Notes: a model not told the origin generated them from the sequence alone. Shown: positions 41,910-52,357, counted from the first letter of the stretch. The stretch: 64,000 bases of DNA from Gammaproteobacteria bacterium (GCA_965221955.1 CBDCTA010000003.1:34277-98276); one strand, 5' to 3'. Made by a program: numbers and translations.

Positions 41910-42659
41910 TTAAGACTTCATATCTTCCAGTAACTGTTGAGCGCTATTTAAAACAAAAAGGCTGTCTACGCCAATTGTAAGAAGCGTGAAGCCTTTTTGT
42001 TTGTAAGGTAACACTACTTTGGCATTTACACCAAAGTAGCCTAATTTTACGTTGGCTTGCTTACAAGCGTTAATAACTTTGTCTATCGCTGCAACCACTT
42101 CAGGGTGATCAATCTCGCCGGTATGCCCTAGGTTGGCAGATAAATCATAAGGGCCAACCAATATTGCATCGACATCTTTTATGCTAACGATTTTTTCGAT
42201 GTCGTTTACTGCACCGGGTGTTTCGGCCTGAATGACTACACAGGTGTCTCGATCTGCACGTTGTAAATAGTCTGTAAACGACAAGCCATATTCATGTGCC
42301 CGTGCGAGTCCGACACCACGGTTCCCTTGTGTTGGATATTTTGCAGCGCGAACGGCAGCTTGTGCTTCATCAGCATTATTAATTTGCGGCACGATAATTC
42401 CAGCCGCACCGATATCGAGTGCACGTTTGATCGCGACAACATCATTGCTAGCAACACGGATTAAACACGGAAAATCATCAACTGTCGCTTGCAACATCCT
42501 TTGCATTTCAAGCGTACCAAACGAACCGTGTTCAGCATCGATAAACAACCAATCAAAATCTAACTTTGACAATAATTCCGTAATTTCTGGGCTTGGTAAA
42601 GAAACTAGCGTGCTAAGAAGTACCTCACCCTCATGTAGACGTTGACGAAAAGACTTCAA
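41910..42659 (-). CDS. HpcH/HpaI class II aldolase
   Basis: FDWLFIDAEH, ALDIGA, QAET, GPYDLS. Confidence 0.92.
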   Translation of the reverse strand: MKSFRQRLHEGEVLLSTLVSLPSPEITELLSKLDFDWLFIDAEHGSFGTLEMQRMLQATVDDFPCLIRVASNDVVAIKRALDIGAAGIIVPQINNADEAQAAVRAAKYPTQGNRGVGLARAHEYGLSFTDYLQRADRDTCVVIQAETPGAVNDIEKIVSIKDVDAILVGPYDLSANLGHTGEIDHPEVVAAIDKVINACKQANVKLGYFGVNAKVVLPYKQKGFTLLTIGVDSLFVLNSAQQLLEDMKS

Positions 42660-42665
42660 TGAATA

Positions 42666-43103
42666 TTACTCAGCTACGTGAATGGTAATGGGTTTTGAAG
42701 TAATCGCTGGATCATGCGGAATGTGTGCAAAATCTGCAAACAATAACTGTAAAGTGTGTGCTCCAGGGGTAAGCTCGATTAAAGCTTCGGTCTGACCTTT
42801 ACCAAAGTGTTTATGATGTTCATCTGCAGGAATGGGTTTATCCATGTCCGGTAATTTCTCAACGTTAATGAGCAAATGATGATGTCCGGTGTTTTCACGT
42901 TCCACTCCAGCGGGTGCGACCCCCATCCCGCGTAAACCGAACTTTACTAATACTGGACTATGTACCACTTCCCCATCAGTGGGACTAATAAAGTAAACAT
43001 AGCGATCAGACGAGGATGGGGTTTCAGCTTGAAGAGGACTTAGCAAAAAACTGTAAGCCAGCCATGCAACTAAAATGAGTTTTGTTTTCATGAAATTCTC
43101 CAA
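42666..43103 (-). CDS. DUF4399 periplasmic protein
   Basis: GVAPAG, TGHHHLLI, HFGKGQTE, PGAHTLQL. Confidence 0.88.
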   Translation of the reverse strand: MENFMKTKLILVAWLAYSFLLSPLQAETPSSSDRYVYFISPTDGEVVHSPVLVKFGLRGMGVAPAGVERENTGHHHLLINVEKLPDMDKPIPADEHHKHFGKGQTEALIELTPGAHTLQLLFADFAHIPHDPAITSKPITIHVAE

Positions 43104-43141
43104 TTATTTCTAAGACATAAGTAGGAACCATCAGTGTGCTC

Positions 43142-43795
43142 TTAGGAGGTATTCACGCCACTGTCAGTGCCCAGTAAAAGCACATCTGCAGGGCGTATAG
43201 CAAAAATACCCACAGTTACTACACCTGCCAAGTTATTTAATTGTTGTTCCATTTCTACTGGGTTAAGAATTTGTAAATTGTGAACATCTAGAATCAGATT
43301 TCCATTATCGGTTACAAAGTCTTCACGTAACTCGGGTGCGCCGCCAATTTTTACAAGCTGTCTTGCGACATAACTGCGTGCCATGGGAATCACTTCAATA
43401 GGGAGTGGAAATTCACCTAAAACATCTACTAGCTTTGAATCATCGGCAATACAAACAAATTTTTCGCTGATCGCGGCAACAATTTTTTCTCTTGTGTGCG
43501 CGCCGCCCCCACCTTTAATGAGATGTTTATGTTTGGTAGTTTCATCAGCGCCATCTACATAGATCGGGAGCGATGCAACATTGTTTGCGTCGATTACCTC
43601 TATTCCATGTTGTTTTAATCGTTCTGAGGACGCTACAGAGCTTGCTACAGCGCCTTCTATTTTGTTTTTAAGCTTAGCTAAGGCATCGATAAAATAATTT
43701 GCAGTGGAGCCTGTGCCTACGCCGACAATGTCATTGACTTGTATATAATCGAGCGCTGCTTCTGCTGCAATTTGTTTCTTTTTCTCTAAAGACAT
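43142..43795 (-). CDS. rpiA: Ribose-5-phosphate isomerase A
   Basis: GVGTGST, DGADE, KGGGGA..REK; start placed at ATG 43795. Confidence 0.96.
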   Translation of the reverse strand: MSLEKKKQIAAEAALDYIQVNDIVGVGTGSTANYFIDALAKLKNKIEGAVASSVASSERLKQHGIEVIDANNVASLPIYVDGADETTKHKHLIKGGGGAHTREKIVAAISEKFVCIADDSKLVDVLGEFPLPIEVIPMARSYVARQLVKIGGAPELREDFVTDNGNLILDVHNLQILNPVEMEQQLNNLAGVVTVGIFAIRPADVLLLGTDSGVNTS

Positions 43796-43926
43796 GTAGG
43801 GTTCTGCTCTGTTTTGCTGAATAATACCCACTGTCGTTGCCAAAAGCATCGTTAAATTAGATTTCAAGAAGTGTGTGGTAGGCCAAAAATTAGCCAAAAA
43901 AGAATTTAAGAATAAAGTTAGGAAAA

Positions 43927-45453
43927 GTGATTCAAACTGTGGGCGATAATCTAATAAAAAAAATCGAGCATTCTAAAGTCTATGATGTAGCGATTGAGTC
44001 TCCCCTTGAGCACGCAAAAGTCATTTCATCCCGCTTAGACAATAACATTTTTCTAAAAAGAGAAGATCAGCAAAGTGTATTTTCTTTCAAGCTGCGAGGT
44101 GCATATAACAAAATTGCGCATTTGTCCGAGGCAGAGCGCAAACAAGGCGTGATTGCAGCTTCAGCAGGAAATCATGCGCAAGGTGTAGCACTTGCTGGAA
44201 ATAAGCTGGGTATCCCTGCAACTATCGTAATGCCACGCACGACTCCTAGTATCAAAGTTGAATCGGTAACACGTTTAGGTGGCAATGCGGTTTTATTTGG
44301 TGACACTTATGATGAAGCCCACCAGCACTCGTTGAGGTTAGCTGAAGAAAATAATTTAACCTATGTGCATCCTTACGATGATATCGATGTCATTGCTGGG
44401 CAAGGGACAGTCGCTATGGAAATTTTGCGACAACATCCAGAGAACATCGATGCAATGTTTATTCCGATTGGAGGAGGAGGATTGGTTGCCGGTATGGCTG
44501 CCTATGTCAAACATTATCGTCCAGAAATAAAAATCATAGGCGTCGAACCGCAAGATGCACCTACCATGCATGCTGCGATGCAAGCGAATGTAAGAGTAGA
44601 GTTAGAGCAGGTAGGTATTTTTGCCGATGGTGTGGCAGTTCGCCAAATAGGTGAAAAAACCTTTGAAATTGCAAAACATCTCATTGATGAAGTATTACTG
44701 GTGACTACCGATGAAATTTGTGCGGGCATTAAAGATATCTTTGATGAAACACGTACGCTTGTTGAACCTGCAGGCGCATTGTCACTAGCAGGTATTAAAC
44801 AATATGTGGCGAGAGAAAAGTGTACGAATAAAACCTTAGTAGGTATTAACTGTGGTGCCAATATTAATTTTGATCGCCTACGACATGTTGCAGAACGCGC
44901 AGAGCTAGGTGAACGTCGCGAATGTTTATTCGCAGTGACGATTCCCGAGCGACCAGGTAGCTTTCTTAAGTTCTGTAGAATTCTAGGTTCACGAGGGATT
45001 ACCGAATTTAATTACCGCTATGCGGACAAAAGTGATGCACATATTTTTGTGGGTGTAAAAGTAGAAGATTCTGAAAAGGAGAAACCTGAACTTTTAAAAG
45101 TCATGAACACCGATGGTTATGCTGCCTTGGATATTTCAGATAATGAAATGGCCATTTTGCATTTGCGTCATATGGTAGGTGGGCATTGTGATGCAATACA
45201 CGATGAAATTGTGTTTAGATTTGAATTTCCGGAGCGTCCAGGTGCACTGCTCAAATTTTTAGAAACAATTGGGCATGAATGGAATATAAGTTTATTCCAC
45301 TATCGAAATCATGGAGCCGCATACGGTCGAGTATTGGTAGGTATTCAAGTGCCTGATTCTGAGCGTCCTCGTTTTGATGAGTTTTTAAATAAATTAGGTT
45401 ATCGGTATTGGGATGAGACTAGTAATCCAATATATAAATTATTCTTAGGCTGA
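43927..45453 (+). CDS. ilvA: Biosynthetic threonine deaminase
   Basis: [23 protein letters not shown]-like C-terminal domains. Confidence 0.97.
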   Translation: MIQTVGDNLIKKIEHSKVYDVAIESPLEHAKVISSRLDNNIFLKREDQQSVFSFKLRGAYNKIAHLSEAERKQGVIAASAGNHAQGVALAGNKLGIPATIVMPRTTPSIKVESVTRLGGNAVLFGDTYDEAHQHSLRLAEENNLTYVHPYDDIDVIAGQGTVAMEILRQHPENIDAMFIPIGGGGLVAGMAAYVKHYRPEIKIIGVEPQDAPTMHAAMQANVRVELEQVGIFADGVAVRQIGEKTFEIAKHLIDEVLLVTTDEICAGIKDIFDETRTLVEPAGALSLAGIKQYVAREKCTNKTLVGINCGANINFDRLRHVAERAELGERRECLFAVTIPERPGSFLKFCRILGSRGITEFNYRYADKSDAHIFVGVKVEDSEKEKPELLKVMNTDGYAALDISDNEMAILHLRHMVGGHCDAIHDEIVFRFEFPERPGALLKFLETIGHEWNISLFHYRNHGAAYGRVLVGIQVPDSERPRFDEFLNKLGYRYWDETSNPIYKLFLG

Positions 45454-45546
45454 GTGAGTACAAGGAAGTACGAATAAGAGTTGCAACAGTTTCAAACAAG
45501 TCACTAAACGCCTATATATAGGTTAAAAATCTAACAGTACAAACGT

Positions 45547-45576
45547 AAAAAAAGGGCTCTGAAAGAGCCCTTTTTT
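45547..45576. terminator. Bidirectional intrinsic terminator
   Basis: A7-GGGCTCT-GAA-AGAGCCC-T6 between convergent genes. Confidence 0.9.
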
Positions 45577-45598
45577 GTTTGGATGTTGAATCCAACTA

Positions 45599-46078
45599 CT
45601 ATCTACGACGCTTAGTCTTACGCTTCGTTTTACGTTTAGTAGTCTTACGCTTGACCTTACGTTTGGTCTTACGCTTTGTAGCCTTACGCTTGGTTTTGCG
45701 CTTGGTCTTACGCTTCGCAGTTTTGCGTTTGGTCTTACGCTTGGTCTTGCGTTTCGCAGTCTTGCGCTTGGTTTTGCGCTTGGTCTTGCGTTTCGCAGTC
45801 TTGCGCTTGGTTTTGCGCTTCGTCTTGCGTTTGGTTTTGCGTTTCGCAGTCTTGCGTTTGGTTTTACGCTTCGTCTTGCGTTTCGCAGTTTTGCGTTTGG
45901 TCTTACGCTTGGTTTTGCGCTTCGTAGTTTTACGCTTCGCAGTCTTACGTTTAGTTTTGCGCTTCGTCTTGCGCTTAGCGGTTTTACGCTTCGCAGTAGA
46001 TTTACGCTTAGTAGCCTTACGCTTAGTCGCCTTACGTTTAGTACGACGTTTAGTGGTAGCTTTACGTTTGATGGCCAT
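45599..46078 (-). CDS. Histone H1/protamine-like basic repeat protein (KRKT)n, 159 aa
   Basis: GGAGGGAG ribosome-binding site, ATG 46078, ~35 KRK/KRR units, synonymous codon variation, downstream terminator. Confidence 0.85.
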   Translation of the reverse strand: MAIKRKATTKRRTKRKATKRKATKRKSTAKRKTAKRKTKRKTKRKTAKRKTTKRKTKRKTKRKTAKRKTKRKTKRKTAKRKTKRKTKRKTKRKTAKRKTKRKTKRKTAKRKTKRKTKRKTAKRKTKRKTKRKATKRKTKRKVKRKTTKRKTKRKTKRRR

Positions 46079-46099
46079 CAATACTCCCTCCAAACAATT

Positions 46100-46510
46100 A
46101 ATGTGAGTTGTAAACGCGCCAAAGTATATATATTTAAGCTACAAATACTAGTATTTTTGTAATGTTTTTATCACTTCCCATCGTTAATGTTTTTTGTTTA
46201 TAAAACTTTTTACGTTTTAAAAAAAACAAAAATGTTTTTTTATGTTTTAAAAAAATGTGATTGTATTCACGCAAAAACAGTAAAAATAACCATTTATTTA
46301 ACATAACAACACGTATTTTACTTAAATTAGACGTTTTTTTGCAGATTTTGGTTGCATGTGTGCAACGTGATTTACGTTAAAAATGTTATGTATTGAATTA
46401 AAAAACGTAAAAAAATTTTTTTAAAAAAACTAAAAAAAATTAAAAAATTTAACTAAAAAAACTAATTTTTTTACAAAATTTATAAAAATTTACGAAATTT
46501 CTTTAATTTT
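46100..46510. promoter_or_regulatory. Extremely AT-rich A-tract region upstream of the basic repeat gene
   Basis: Successive A/T runs, densest at 46395-46510; minus-strand TATACT (46123-46128) followed by GC-rich GGCGCG. Confidence 0.55.
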
Positions 46511-46963
46511 TTACTCCAAAGAAAGAATGAAATCCCAATGTTTTTTACTAACAGGCATGATTGAAAGTCGATTTCCACGTTTTAACAACTGCATTTCAGC
46601 TAATTTTTTATGCTCTTTTAGTTCTGCTAGTGTAATGGTGCGTTTTAACTTTCGTTTGTAACGCACATCCACCATAAACCAGCGAGGATTTTCAGGATCA
46701 CTTTTTGGGTCGTAGTGTTTGTCTTTTTTATCAAAGGCAGTGTGATCAACATAGCCTTCTTTAGCAATGGTCATAATGCCTACGATACCTATTTCATCGC
46801 AATTGGAATGATACATAAAGGCTAAGTCACCTTTTTTCATTTCTTTTTGCATCATGTTACGTGCTTGGTAGTTACGCACACCATCCCAGTGTTCGACTTT
46901 ATCTTTCTTTAAATCATCAATACTGTATTCACTAGGTTCGCTTTTCATTAACCAATATTGCAT
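46511..46963 (-). CDS. EVE domain protein
   Basis: YWLMKSEP, WDGVRNYQARN, YHSNC, RLSIMPV; GGAGG at 46971-46975. Confidence 0.95.
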   Translation of the reverse strand: MQYWLMKSEPSEYSIDDLKKDKVEHWDGVRNYQARNMMQKEMKKGDLAFMYHSNCDEIGIVGIMTIAKEGYVDHTAFDKKDKHYDPKSDPENPRWFMVDVRYKRKLKRTITLAELKEHKKLAEMQLLKRGNRLSIMPVSKKHWDFILSLE

Positions 46964-47025
46964 TGTCATGCCTCCTCGACATCTATAAAACTGGCATTTA
47001 ATTAGAGAACTGGGTATTTGTAATG

Positions 47026-47214
47026 CGGGCACCCCACGCATACCGTGGCAACCGTTGTCCTTGAACCAAAGGTTCAAGTGGGAGCACCGAAAAATGAATT
47101 AGGCTTTCCGCAGAACGGATATGCACATCAACATCTAAACAGCATTGCCCCCGGCATAAAAAAATAGGCTCAAGGGATATACCAGGAAGCACACCTGTAC
47201 CGCAGTGGTACCCG
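47026..47214 (-). ncRNA. ssrS: 6S RNA
   Basis: Downstream of zapA; complementary ends; CCCTTGAGCC, GTGCATATCCG..CGGAAAGCC and CTTGAACC..GGTTCAAGG elements. Confidence 0.9.
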
Positions 47215-47270
47215 ACTGAGTAAACTTTAGCAGATCTGTAGAAAGTGTGGGCTTATTAAATAAGCCAGAA

Positions 47271-47576
47271 TTATAGTTCGAGTTGCTGAGTATTCTTCAG
47301 CGCGACATCAATGCGATCTTGAAGGTTTCGGACACGATTAAAGAATGATTTGCTATGTTTTTCATGTTCGCTTTTTTGATTTAAGAACTCATGTGCCATA
47401 TTCAGAGCTGCCATGACTGCTACGCGGTCAGTGCCTATGGCTTTGCCGCTATCGCGGATTTCTTGAATTTTTGTATTCAGATAATGAGCAGAAGCCTGTA
47501 GAGATTCTTCCTCGCCTGAAGGGCAAGCAATCCGATATTCTTTATCGAGGATGTTGAGAGTGACAGGTTGTTCCAT
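47271..47576 (-). CDS. zapA: Cell division protein ZapA
   Basis: ILDKEYRIACP, RVAVMAALN. Confidence 0.93.
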   Translation of the reverse strand: MEQPVTLNILDKEYRIACPSGEEESLQASAHYLNTKIQEIRDSGKAIGTDRVAVMAALNMAHEFLNQKSEHEKHSKSFFNRVRNLQDRIDVALKNTQQLEL

Positions 47577-47591
47577 AGATAGACTAAAAAG

Positions 47592-47825
47592 TTATGCGCT
47601 GACTTCCATCGATTTTAGACGCGTAATCATCGCTTCAACTCGTTTACGTGCTTGCTCGTTTTTGTCGATTAAAGTGGCGCGTTCTGATGAGTAAGAATCT
47701 TGCTGTAACTTTAAAAGTTTGTTTTCTTTTTTCAGTTCTTCGCAAGTGGTAATCAGTTCGTTAACACGAATTTCTAATCCCTTTAAGTCTTGCTCGCTGA
47801 GCTTTCCGGTGTCTCGCTTATCCAT
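47592..47825 (-). CDS. ZapB-like coiled-coil protein (TIGR02449)
   Basis: ERATLIDKNEQARKRVEAMITRLKSME; upstream of zapA. Confidence 0.88.
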   Translation of the reverse strand: MDKRDTGKLSEQDLKGLEIRVNELITTCEELKKENKLLKLQQDSYSSERATLIDKNEQARKRVEAMITRLKSMEVSA

Positions 47826-48014
47826 GGGCAAAATGTTAGGCCGAAGTGCTTTACTCGTCAACTAAAATTGTAATTAAAAAATGTGATCGAAAATCATAAA
47901 ATTCACTGTAGAAATAGTGGTAATCGTAATATAAAAAAAGCTTTATTAAGTTGTGTTTAATTTAAGGTTAAATTTTGAGTGATAGTGTCAGACTAATGAT
48001 AGAATCAATAACCT

Positions 48015-48563
48015 ATGTCCCCTAAGTACGAACAAATTGAAGATGCACTGTCATCTGTGCAGTCTCCCTACGGTCCGGAAGATTCTCACGGCATGCTATG
48101 TGCAATGTTGGTGGTGAATAATTCTTTGCAGTGTGCGCGTTGGTTGGATGAAATTTGTACACAAAGTGGTGCAGGGAATCGCCAAAACGATCATGAGCGC
48201 GACACTCTTTGCGCACTTTACGAGCACACCAAGCAAGAGCTCAATGATACCTTGCTCAATTTCACGTTGCTTATTCCTGAAGAAAATAACAGTTTGAATG
48301 CACGTGTCAGTGCCCTAAAGAAATGGTGTGATGGATTCTTATTTGGTTTAGCGTTGGCGGGGGTGAAAGATTTGACACATGTGCCAGAAGATTCAATGGA
48401 AATTCTACAAGACATCACAACGATCTCACAGGCAGATGAAGACGAAGAAGAAGATGAAATGAACGAAGTCGCGTATATGGATATCGTTGAATATGTACGC
48501 ATGGGAGTATTGCTGATTAATGAAGAAATGCAGCCTATGAATCGACACCAAACCATTCAATAA
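48015..48563 (+). CDS. UPF0149 (YgfB) family protein
   Basis: HGMLCAML, WCDGFLFGL, IVEYVRM; upstream of pepP. Confidence 0.9.
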   Translation: MSPKYEQIEDALSSVQSPYGPEDSHGMLCAMLVVNNSLQCARWLDEICTQSGAGNRQNDHERDTLCALYEHTKQELNDTLLNFTLLIPEENNSLNARVSALKKWCDGFLFGLALAGVKDLTHVPEDSMEILQDITTISQADEDEEEDEMNEVAYMDIVEYVRMGVLLINEEMQPMNRHQTIQ

Positions 48564-48571
48564 ACACTTCT

Positions 48572-49888
48572 GTGTACTCCATTAATCAAAAAGAGCTGAT
48601 CAAACGACGCAAAACACTCATGCGCATGGTCGGCAATGATGGGGCGGCGATTATTCCTTCTGCAAAATCAATTCCAAGGAATCGCGATGTGGACTTCATC
48701 TTTCGTCAAGACAGTGATTTTCTCTATTTAACAGGTTTTGATGAACCAGACTCCTTGGCATTGATGCTGCCAGGTCATGCCAAAGGGCAATACATTCTAT
48801 TTTGTCGTGACCGAAACCCTGAACAAGAAATTTGGGATGGTCGCCGAGCGGGACAAGACGGAGTCGTCGAATTTTTTAATGCGGATATCGCATATTCGAT
48901 TGATGAATTAGATGCCATGCTTCCAAAATTACTAGAGGATCGTGAGCGCTTCTTTTATCCCATGGGACGCGATACAAACTTTGATAAACGAGTCATCAGT
49001 TGGGTGAACCAATCGCGTGGTTCTGCACGCACGGCTAAACATGTACCACACGAATTGTTGTCGCTTGACTATTTTGTACATGACATGCGTTTGTATAAAT
49101 CTCGTAGTGAACTCACACTGATGCGTCAAGCCGCAAAGGCAGCGATTGCAGGTCACACGCGAGCGATGCAAGCGTGTACACCCGGTATGTATGAATATGA
49201 AGTTGAAGCAGAAATTTTATATGAGTTTCGAAAAGCTGGATGCGTGCCTGCTTACCCATCAATAGTCGGTGGTGGCGAAAATGGTTGTATTTTGCATTAC
49301 ATCGAAAATAATCGAGAGCTTAAGGATGGTGATCTATTGCTGATTGATGCCGGAGCTGAATACCAAGGTTATGCCAGTGACATCACACGCACATTCCCTG
49401 TCAATGGAACGTTCTCAAAAGTACAACGTGAAGTGTATGAAGTAGTGCTTGAAGCCCAAACTGCTGCAATCAAAAAAGTGAAACCGGGTAATCATTGGAA
49501 TGATCCGCATCATGAAGCAGTAAAAGTACTTACTAAAGGCTTAATAAACATCGGCCTGTTAAAAGGTAAACCTGCCAAACTGATTAAAGATGAAGAATAT
49601 CGCCAGTTTTATATGCACCGTACTGGGCATTGGCTAGGTTTGGATGTGCATGATGTAGGGGATTATCGATTTGATGAAGAATGGCGTTTATTAGAACCTG
49701 GGATGACACTTACTGTAGAGCCTGGCTTATATATTTCACAAGCCAAAGGTGTACCCAAAAGATTCTGGAATATCGGTATTCGAATTGAAGATGATGTATT
49801 GGTAACAAAAGACGGTAGTCAGGTGCTTACAGAAAAACTTACCCGTGACCCAGATGAAATCGAAGCCTTAATGGCTTCAGTGCATTAA
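48572..49888 (+). CDS. pepP: Xaa-Pro aminopeptidase
   Basis: FRQDSDFLYLTG, IDAG, DITRT, GHWLGLDVHD, TVEPG, RIEDD. Confidence 0.96.
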   Translation: MYSINQKELIKRRKTLMRMVGNDGAAIIPSAKSIPRNRDVDFIFRQDSDFLYLTGFDEPDSLALMLPGHAKGQYILFCRDRNPEQEIWDGRRAGQDGVVEFFNADIAYSIDELDAMLPKLLEDRERFFYPMGRDTNFDKRVISWVNQSRGSARTAKHVPHELLSLDYFVHDMRLYKSRSELTLMRQAAKAAIAGHTRAMQACTPGMYEYEVEAEILYEFRKAGCVPAYPSIVGGGENGCILHYIENNRELKDGDLLLIDAGAEYQGYASDITRTFPVNGTFSKVQREVYEVVLEAQTAAIKKVKPGNHWNDPHHEAVKVLTKGLINIGLLKGKPAKLIKDEEYRQFYMHRTGHWLGLDVHDVGDYRFDEEWRLLEPGMTLTVEPGLYISQAKGVPKRFWNIGIRIEDDVLVTKDGSQVLTEKLTRDPDEIEALMASVH

Positions 49889-49898
49889 GTGTTATGTC

Positions 49899-51113
49899 AT
49901 GTCGAATCAATTTGATATTGCAGTCGTTGGAGGCGGTTTAGTCGGCAGTAACCTTGCCATTGCCTTAGCGCATGCCTCGAATTACCAAATCGCACTCATC
50001 GATTCTCAGCCGTTAGCTGAAATAAATTTTAATGCTCATCAGCACGATGGTAGAAGTATTGCATTAGCTTTGTCATCTAAAAAGATGATGGATGCTTTAG
50101 GATTTTGGGAAATATTGCAAGAACATGCCACAGCAATTAAAAATATTCACATCTCAGATCAAGGCCGGTTTGGCGCAACACGTTTAGACAGCAAGCGTTA
50201 TGAAGTTGAAAGCTTTGGTTATTTAGTTCCTGTAGATTTCTTAATCCATACATTAAACAACCAGGTAGATGCATTAGAAAATGTAACTCGGCTACAACCT
50301 TATAAAGTATCCTCAATCGAAAATCGTAATGACCATGTGGTGCTCAACAAAGATTCCGAGGATGCTGTAGAAGCAAATTTGCTCATCGCAGCAGATGGCA
50401 CAAACTCGTTTATACGTAAAGCGCTGGGTATTGATGTAGAAGAAAAACAATATCAGCAGTCTGCCATTGTCGGCAGCGTGGAATGCGAGCAAAACCATCA
50501 TCACACTGCGTATGAGCGTTTTACTAAGGATGGGCCATTGGCATTGTTACCTAAGCAAGGTAATTGCTGTGGCTTCATCTGGATGAATCCCACGGATGCT
50601 GCAGAAATAAATTTAGCACTAGACGATCAAGCTTTTAAGGACAAACTTCAATCTGCTTTTGGTTTCCGTCTTGGGCATTTCAAAAGCATTAGCAAACGTT
50701 TTGCTTATCCGCTTGCACTATTGATGAGTCAACAACGTGTGCAGCAACGTGTGGTGTTGATTGGCAACGCTGCGCAAACCTTGCATCCTATAGCAGGACA
50801 GGGTCTGAATCTTGCCTTGCGTGATATCGCAGAGTTAGTTGAGCTTTTAGTGGAGAACGATCTTAATAATGTAGACGTGCAGTTAAAACATTATGCAGAA
50901 AAACGCCAACCCGATATTGAAAAAACCATTCGCTTTACGGACCGTTTAAATTTCTTGTTTAATGCAGATTATCCTGTGCTCGCACAGTCACGTGGTTTGG
51001 GTCTTGCTATGTTAGGTGCCATTCCAATTTTAGAAGAACGTATTGTGAAGCAAAATTTAGGTGCAATAGGATCTAACGCGAGCTTGCTTAGAGGGGAAAC
51101 AGTCAACTCATGA
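49899..51113 (+). CDS. ubiH: 2-octaprenyl-6-methoxyphenol hydroxylase
   Basis: GGGLVG, AYERFT..GPLALLP, GNAAQTLHPIAGQGLNL; follows pepP. Confidence 0.9.
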   Translation: MSNQFDIAVVGGGLVGSNLAIALAHASNYQIALIDSQPLAEINFNAHQHDGRSIALALSSKKMMDALGFWEILQEHATAIKNIHISDQGRFGATRLDSKRYEVESFGYLVPVDFLIHTLNNQVDALENVTRLQPYKVSSIENRNDHVVLNKDSEDAVEANLLIAADGTNSFIRKALGIDVEEKQYQQSAIVGSVECEQNHHHTAYERFTKDGPLALLPKQGNCCGFIWMNPTDAAEINLALDDQAFKDKLQSAFGFRLGHFKSISKRFAYPLALLMSQQRVQQRVVLIGNAAQTLHPIAGQGLNLALRDIAELVELLVENDLNNVDVQLKHYAEKRQPDIEKTIRFTDRLNFLFNADYPVLAQSRGLGLAMLGAIPILEERIVKQNLGAIGSNASLLRGETVNS

Positions 51114-52315
51114 CATCTGAGGATTTTTCTGTTGACGTAGTTATTACAGGCGCTGGCATGGTAGGTTTAACCCTTGCCAACTTATTAAGTCTGCAAGGTA
51201 AATCAATTGCTGTGATAGATTGCAATGAAATTGCTAGATTTAAAGATAAAAATACTTATGAAGCACGTGTTACAGCGGTTAGTCCAGGTTCACAAGCCAT
51301 TTTTGAACATGTGCATGCATGGGAGCGCATGCAGGCAAAGCGTGTTTCGCCCTTTACCGATATGCATGTGTGGGATGAGGCAGGTCATTCCAATATTCAC
51401 TTTAATTCTGATGAGCTTCAACGAAATCATCTTGGTCACATTGTCGAAAACTTAGTGATTCAAACTAGTTTGTTTGAGAGTTTGCAACAACAAACTAAGA
51501 TTGAATGGCTGCTTGCAGAACACATTAGAAAAGTTGTGGTACATCAAGACTATGCAGAAGTAACATTAGATAGCGGTAAGAAAATTCAAGCAAAGCTTGT
51601 GGTAGGGGCAGATGGTGGTCGTTCAACGATTCGCAATCTTGCGGGCATTGCGTATCAAGAAAAAAGCTATCAACAAATGGGTTTAGTTGCCTTAGTTGAA
51701 ACTGAACAACCCCATCAACAAACTGCCTGGCAACGTTTTTTAAGTACGGGCCCATTGGCGCTACTACCATTAGATAATGGCCAATGTTCAATTGTGTGGT
51801 CAGTAAGTGAAGACTATGCTGATGAGTTAATGAAATTGAATGAACATGAATTTGCAGATGCACTTACTCAAGCGAGCGACAAGCAATTAGGTAGCATCAC
51901 GTTAAAATCAAAAGTTGCAGCGTTTCCACTTACCTCAGGTCGGGCCGATACCATAATCCAACCTCGAATTGCTTTAGTAGGAGATGCAGCGCATGCACTG
52001 CACCCACTTGCTGGGCAAGGTGCGAACTTAGGGTTTACTGATGCTGCAGTATTAGCAGATGTGTTAGAGAACACAGAGCGTGATATTGGTAGTGTAAAAG
52101 TATTGCGTAAATACGAGCGTGCACGAGTAGGGGAAGCGCAAATTATGCAAAAAGCCATGGATGGTTTTGTTGCAGCTTTTGGTTCAAGAAATCAAGCAGT
52201 AGTGACAGCAAGAAATGCAGCGTTACGAACTGCAGATTCAATGCATTTCATAAAGAAAATTTTTATGAAGCATGCGATGGGGTTGAGTAAGGACCGTCCA
52301 GAGTTTGCGCGTTAA
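51110..52315 (+). CDS. ubiI: UbiI/VisC-type FAD hydroxylase
   Basis: GAGMVG, GADG, GDAAHALHPLAGQGANLG; follows ubiH. Confidence 0.8.
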   Translation: MTSEDFSVDVVITGAGMVGLTLANLLSLQGKSIAVIDCNEIARFKDKNTYEARVTAVSPGSQAIFEHVHAWERMQAKRVSPFTDMHVWDEAGHSNIHFNSDELQRNHLGHIVENLVIQTSLFESLQQQTKIEWLLAEHIRKVVVHQDYAEVTLDSGKKIQAKLVVGADGGRSTIRNLAGIAYQEKSYQQMGLVALVETEQPHQQTAWQRFLSTGPLALLPLDNGQCSIVWSVSEDYADELMKLNEHEFADALTQASDKQLGSITLKSKVAAFPLTSGRADTIIQPRIALVGDAAHALHPLAGQGANLGFTDAAVLADVLENTERDIGSVKVLRKYERARVGEAQIMQKAMDGFVAAFGSRNQAVVTARNAALRTADSMHFIKKIFMKHAMGLSKDRPEFAR

Positions 52316-52316
52316 A

Positions 52317-52344
52317 ATGACTGCTAACGACCTAAAGTGGGCAT
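52317..52344 (+). repeat. 28-bp imperfect palindrome, copy 1 (left cassette boundary)
   Basis: ATGACTGCTAACGACCTAAAGTGGGCAT. Confidence 0.85.
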
Positions 52345-52357
52345 ATTTAAATCACTT

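Noticed and set aside
45579-46106. Plus-strand 175-aa (LRLV)n ORF
   Set aside because: Antisense shadow of the KRKT repeat. The RBS, the -10 element and the terminator position all support the minus-strand gene.
46100-46510. Replication origin (DNA unwinding element) in the AT-rich tract
   Set aside because: No DnaA boxes (TTATCCACA) or origin-linked genes were seen.
46964-47192. N-terminal extension of the EVE ORF and ORF 46998..47192
   Set aside because: Both overlap the 6S RNA; the GGAGG site places the EVE start at about 46963.
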